Origin: the human T2T-CHM13v2.0 reference genome, Homo sapiens
Assembly (NCBI RefSeq): GCF_009914755.1
Contig: NC_060936.1
Length of the DNA stretch: 64,000 nt
Direction: 5' to 3' (one strand)
The translations under genes and the position numbers were made by a program. This document shows positions 33,770-64,000 of this stretch, in pieces (position 1 is the stretch's first letter; each line of letters begins with the position of its first letter). The notes beneath the pieces were generated by a model. The model searched no databases and was not told where the DNA came from. It was given only the letters and a program-made list of their open reading frames with translations.

Positions 33770-34145
33770 TGTTTATTTTTTGAGGCAAGATCATGCTCTG
33801 TCAGTCACCCAGGCTGGAATACCGTGACACGATCGTGGCTCGCTACAGCCTCCATGTCCCAGGCTCGAGCAGTTCTCCCACCTCAGCCTCCTGAGTAGCC
33901 GGAACCACAGAACCACAGGTAAATGCCACCACATCCTCAGCCCCCTGAGTAGCTGGGGCTACCATGCACACCAGCACCACACTAAGTTTTTTTGGCTATT
34001 TATTTATTTATTTTTTAAATAAAGATTGGGTCTTATCTCACTCTGTTGCCCAGGCTGATCTTGAACTCCTGGGCTCAAGCAGTCCTCCCACCTCAGCCTC
34101 CCAAAGTGCTGGGATTACAGGCATGTGCCGTCACACCCAGCCCTG
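33770..34145 (-). mobile_element. AluJ-like with internal duplication, between the RFC5 and WSB2 3' ends
   Basis: Antisense consensus; CCTCAGCC.CCTGAGTAGC occurs twice. Confidence 0.85.
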
Positions 34146-35495
34146 CTTGTTTTAAAAGGGGACTTTTTTTTTTCTTAATGGAAAAAAATGAAACAGAGAG
34201 CCAAAAGCTTTTAACTGTTGTTTTTTTCTTTTCTTCAATGAAAGCCTCTCATTTTGAAAAGACATGTTTTTCTTCAAGCAACAAAGGTGGTAGAGGAAAT
34301 TCCTCAACTTTCTCAACGAGTCATGTAACGTTACACTGGCCTCCATAAAGCACCGATTAAGAAAGCTAAAGAATAAGATGTTGTATTTCTTTTAAAATAA
34401 TTTAAAATATATTAAATTTTCCTAAGGCAGGTTTTGTTTGAATGAGGTGTCTTGATTAGATAACTACATGCCACTGAAGGAGAACAGTACTTTTAAGGAG
34501 CTATTTTTGTTTCGCAGTAGAGTTGAAACCAGCTGATTAATCCAATGAAGTTAAACAGCAGAGACAGATCTCGTACATAAGAGTATCAGCTAAAGTCATG
34601 ACTACACCAATTCTTTACACAATTAAGACATCTTTGCAACTGTTCAATTTAAGTACTATGGTTTTTAGATAATCGAGAAAAACACAGTTGTACCTTAACA
34701 TCTGTTGAGAAAATACAAATAAATATGATGCTAATAAATGGCCACTGATAACTCAGTAGCCATCTGAATAGTCATGCGGTTTAAGAATACATCCTTGTAT
34801 AATCTGACATACAAATTTGTCATTTCCTGCACATGCACACCATTGTTAAAAAAAAAAAAAAAAAGCCAGTAATAGTGTCTGGATCGGTCAGGAGCACGGC
34901 CTCTGAGTCCCCTGTAATTTAGTTAAGCTAAATTAATACCTCATACCAAATGGCTCCAGGAAAACTGTCCTGCAGGTCAGAAGGGAGCCCAAGAAGAAAA
35001 GCACTTGGCCAACATCGAAGCAACTCTGACCACAGCAGGAGAGAACTTGAACCAATGCTACCACTGCATCAGAAACACAAGGATAGGTACTAGGCAGAAG
35101 CCATCGTTCCCAGCGGAGGGAGTGTGAGCTGCTCTGCCACTAGAGAGGCTCTGGAGGCCTACTTAGTTGCATAATCAAAACAACATCAGTAACTGCACTT
35201 TGAATCAAAACAAGCAGAAAGAGTTCAACACTTGCTGTTCATAACTGGACTGAAAATTTAACGTAAGGCTCTGTTGCCGTGCAAGTGGAATCTCTTCCTC
35301 TAAGACTGACTTTCACATGCCAGGGAGAGAAAGATCCATGACTAGTACACTGGAATCTGGTTTTGCTACATTCTATTCACAATCCCAAAGAAATGCTATT
35401 TCAATGCAAGACCAGATGTTTGGCCCATTATTCCAGCAACTCCCTTTGACAGGACGATTTACCCTGCTACAAAGAAGCACAAGATGTGGTGTTGC
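33980..35495 (-). other. WSB2: WSB2 3' UTR (end approximate)
   Basis: Unique AU-rich sequence after the stop, with a U18 tract (A18 on + at 34847-34864). The first minus-strand AATAAA I found is at 33999-34012. Confidence 0.6.
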
Positions 35496-62348
<26,853 letters not shown>

Positions 62349-62519
62349 GGAGGACGCGAGCGGCCCCCGCGGCAGGCGGCGGGCGCCTCAGCCCCCCGGG
62401 CCGCGGGCCCTCATGCCGCCCCCGCGCCGCCCGCCCCGGCCAGGCCGCCGCCGCCGCCCGGAGAGGCCATCAGCTGCTTCCCGTCACATGGCGGTGGGCG
62501 CGGGCGGAGACGCGCGGGG

Positions 62520-63360
62520 GCGGGGCGCAGGGGAAACGGAGGGGGGGTGCGGACGGGATAAAAACGGTGGGGGGCAGCTGAGGGAAAAGATGGAAAATCG
62601 GGGAGGCGGTACGCTGACGGGATAAAAGCTGAGGGGTTGCTCAGGGGAAACGGGGGCGGGGAAGACGCGCGAACCAGATAAAAATGGGGCAGGGGTGGGG
62701 GGAGCTGAGCGGAAACGGGGTGGGGCGCGAACGGGATAAAACCCAGGGGTTGTGCGGGGTCCTGAGGGGAACCAGCGCCGGATAAAAACGGGGAAGGGAG
62801 GGAGGTGAACAGAGCTGAGGGAAACCGGGAAAAGGGGAGCGATAGAAACCGGAGTAGGGGAAGCCGGGCTCAGGGGAAAAGGGGGTGTTGGAGAGTGGTA
62901 GAGCCGGGCTGAGAGAAAAACCAAGCAGGGGAAGCGGCGATCCGGGGAGAACGGAGAGAGGGAGACCGAGGGCTGTGGGGGTAAGGGGAACCAAAGGGGC
63001 TGAAGCGAAATCGAGGGGAGGGGCAGGTGAAAATGGAGCCATGCGAAGGCCGATGAGGGGGGAAACGGGTAAAAATGGGGGCGGGAGAAATAGGTTGGAG
63101 GGAATACTGGCCGAGAAGAAACCTGGGGAGAGCTGGGCTTAGGGGAAAATGGGGAGGGGGTGGAAGGAAGGTGTAATAACCGGGTGCTGGGGAGGACGTA
63201 AGAATTGGGGGGTGCGGCGAGGGTCAAGGCTAGGGTAAAACAAGGGGGGCTACTCAATGGCTCCGGTAATGGGAGAGGGAAGTGAGGAGAACACGGGGCG
63301 GTGGGGAGAGGAGGGCAGGGTGAAAACCGGAGTGGGGGTGGGAACGAGATAAAAAACGGG
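62520..63360. repeat. Degenerate G/A-rich tandem-like repeat (units containing GCTGAGGGGAAA and CGGGATAAAA)
   Basis: GATAAAA at 62557, 62621, 62677, 62735, 62781, 63348 and GATAGAA at 62841. Confidence 0.65.
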
Positions 63361-63398
63361 GCAGGAGCGATTCGGAAGAAGACTGTCCCCTTACCTAC

Positions 63399-63462
63399 CT
63401 ACGGCGACAGCCTCGCCTGTCCCCGTCCCCCTGAGAAACCTGCTCTCCCTGTCTACCCGCAT
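63399..63462 (-). CDS. WSB2: WSB2 alternative upstream first coding exon (MRVDRESRFLRGTGTGEAVAV), would give 421 aa
   Basis: ATG plus 21 codons plus G|gtaggt; phase 1, compatible with exon 2; matches my recollection of a longer WSB2 isoform. Confidence 0.7.
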
Positions 63463-64000
63463 AGCCTCAAGAAATGGCTCGCTTGGGTCAGACGCCCCCT
63501 TTTTAACATTCCAGGGCCAGGGCAGGAGTCATCATGGAGGCTTTTCATGCCTGAAAGACCCCATTTCTTAGTTGTCCGGTCCCCAGTAGTATCAGTGGCT
63601 TGGGGATTTCTTACTGAGCTCAGCTCATTGTCCCCAAAATGCCTCCCCTTACCCCCAACTCGAGCGCTTCCCTTTCCTGCTTTGGGCCCAAGCTCTTCCC
63701 GCGGTTCTTGGTGTCAGCTTCATTCAAGTCACTCTCCCGCCTCTCATTCCTTTCTCCCCGCCTTTCTTCGCTTCCCTCCAAGTGCCCTCTCCATTTGCCG
63801 GTCACTGGTCCCAGAGCTCCGGATCGCAGTGGTTCCATTTTAAATTTCTTTGCTTCCTAACGCAACCTATGTTTTCTACGGTAACTGAGGTTCCCGTGTT
63901 CTTTTTCACCATGGTCTCTCCGTTTTAATGTTTCGGGTTTTTTTACCCAGGCCCCTGTTTTATGAGCCCTGGGTACGTCCTTCCTGTGTCCCGTTTGGCC

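Noticed and set aside
62484-63257. 257-aa Pro/Ser/Phe-rich ORF and other long ORFs over 61765-63843
   Set aside because: Stop-codon depletion in GC-rich, strand-skewed promoter DNA; low complexity and no recognisable domain

Overview
This is primate (almost certainly human) genomic DNA, very Alu-dense, containing two complete convergent multi-exon genes. I reconstructed both exon by exon from GT-AG boundaries and reading frame. RFC5 (replication factor C subunit 5) is on the + strand: 11 coding exons, ATG 18122 to TAG 32578, 340 aa, with a CpG-island promoter. WSB2 (WD40 repeat and SOCS box protein 2) is on the - strand: 9 coding exons, ATG 62348 to TAA 35496, 404 aa, plus an alternative upstream first coding exon at 63399-63462 that would give 421 aa. 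From memory this pair lies at human 12q24. The first ~17.7 kb is intergenic and made mostly of Alu, MaLR/ERV LTR, MER, MIR and L2 relics. Nearly all ORFs in the supplied track are Alu- or low-complexity artefacts. I see no evidence of a new multi-gene system. The best second-look items are regulatory or structural: (1) a U12 minor-spliceosome intron in RFC5; (2) an L1-derived cassette exon in RFC5 intron 1 that shifts the main frame and creates a split AT|G start codon; (3) an Alu linker carrying poly(A) signals on both strands between the convergent 3' ends; (4) a 76-bp locally templated insertion inside an Alu; (5) chained uORFs and tandem splice donors at the WSB2 5' end; (6) a degenerate ~57-bp GATAAAA-containing repeat between the two WSB2 first exons. 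Repeat family and subfamily calls are by eye and their boundaries are approximate.
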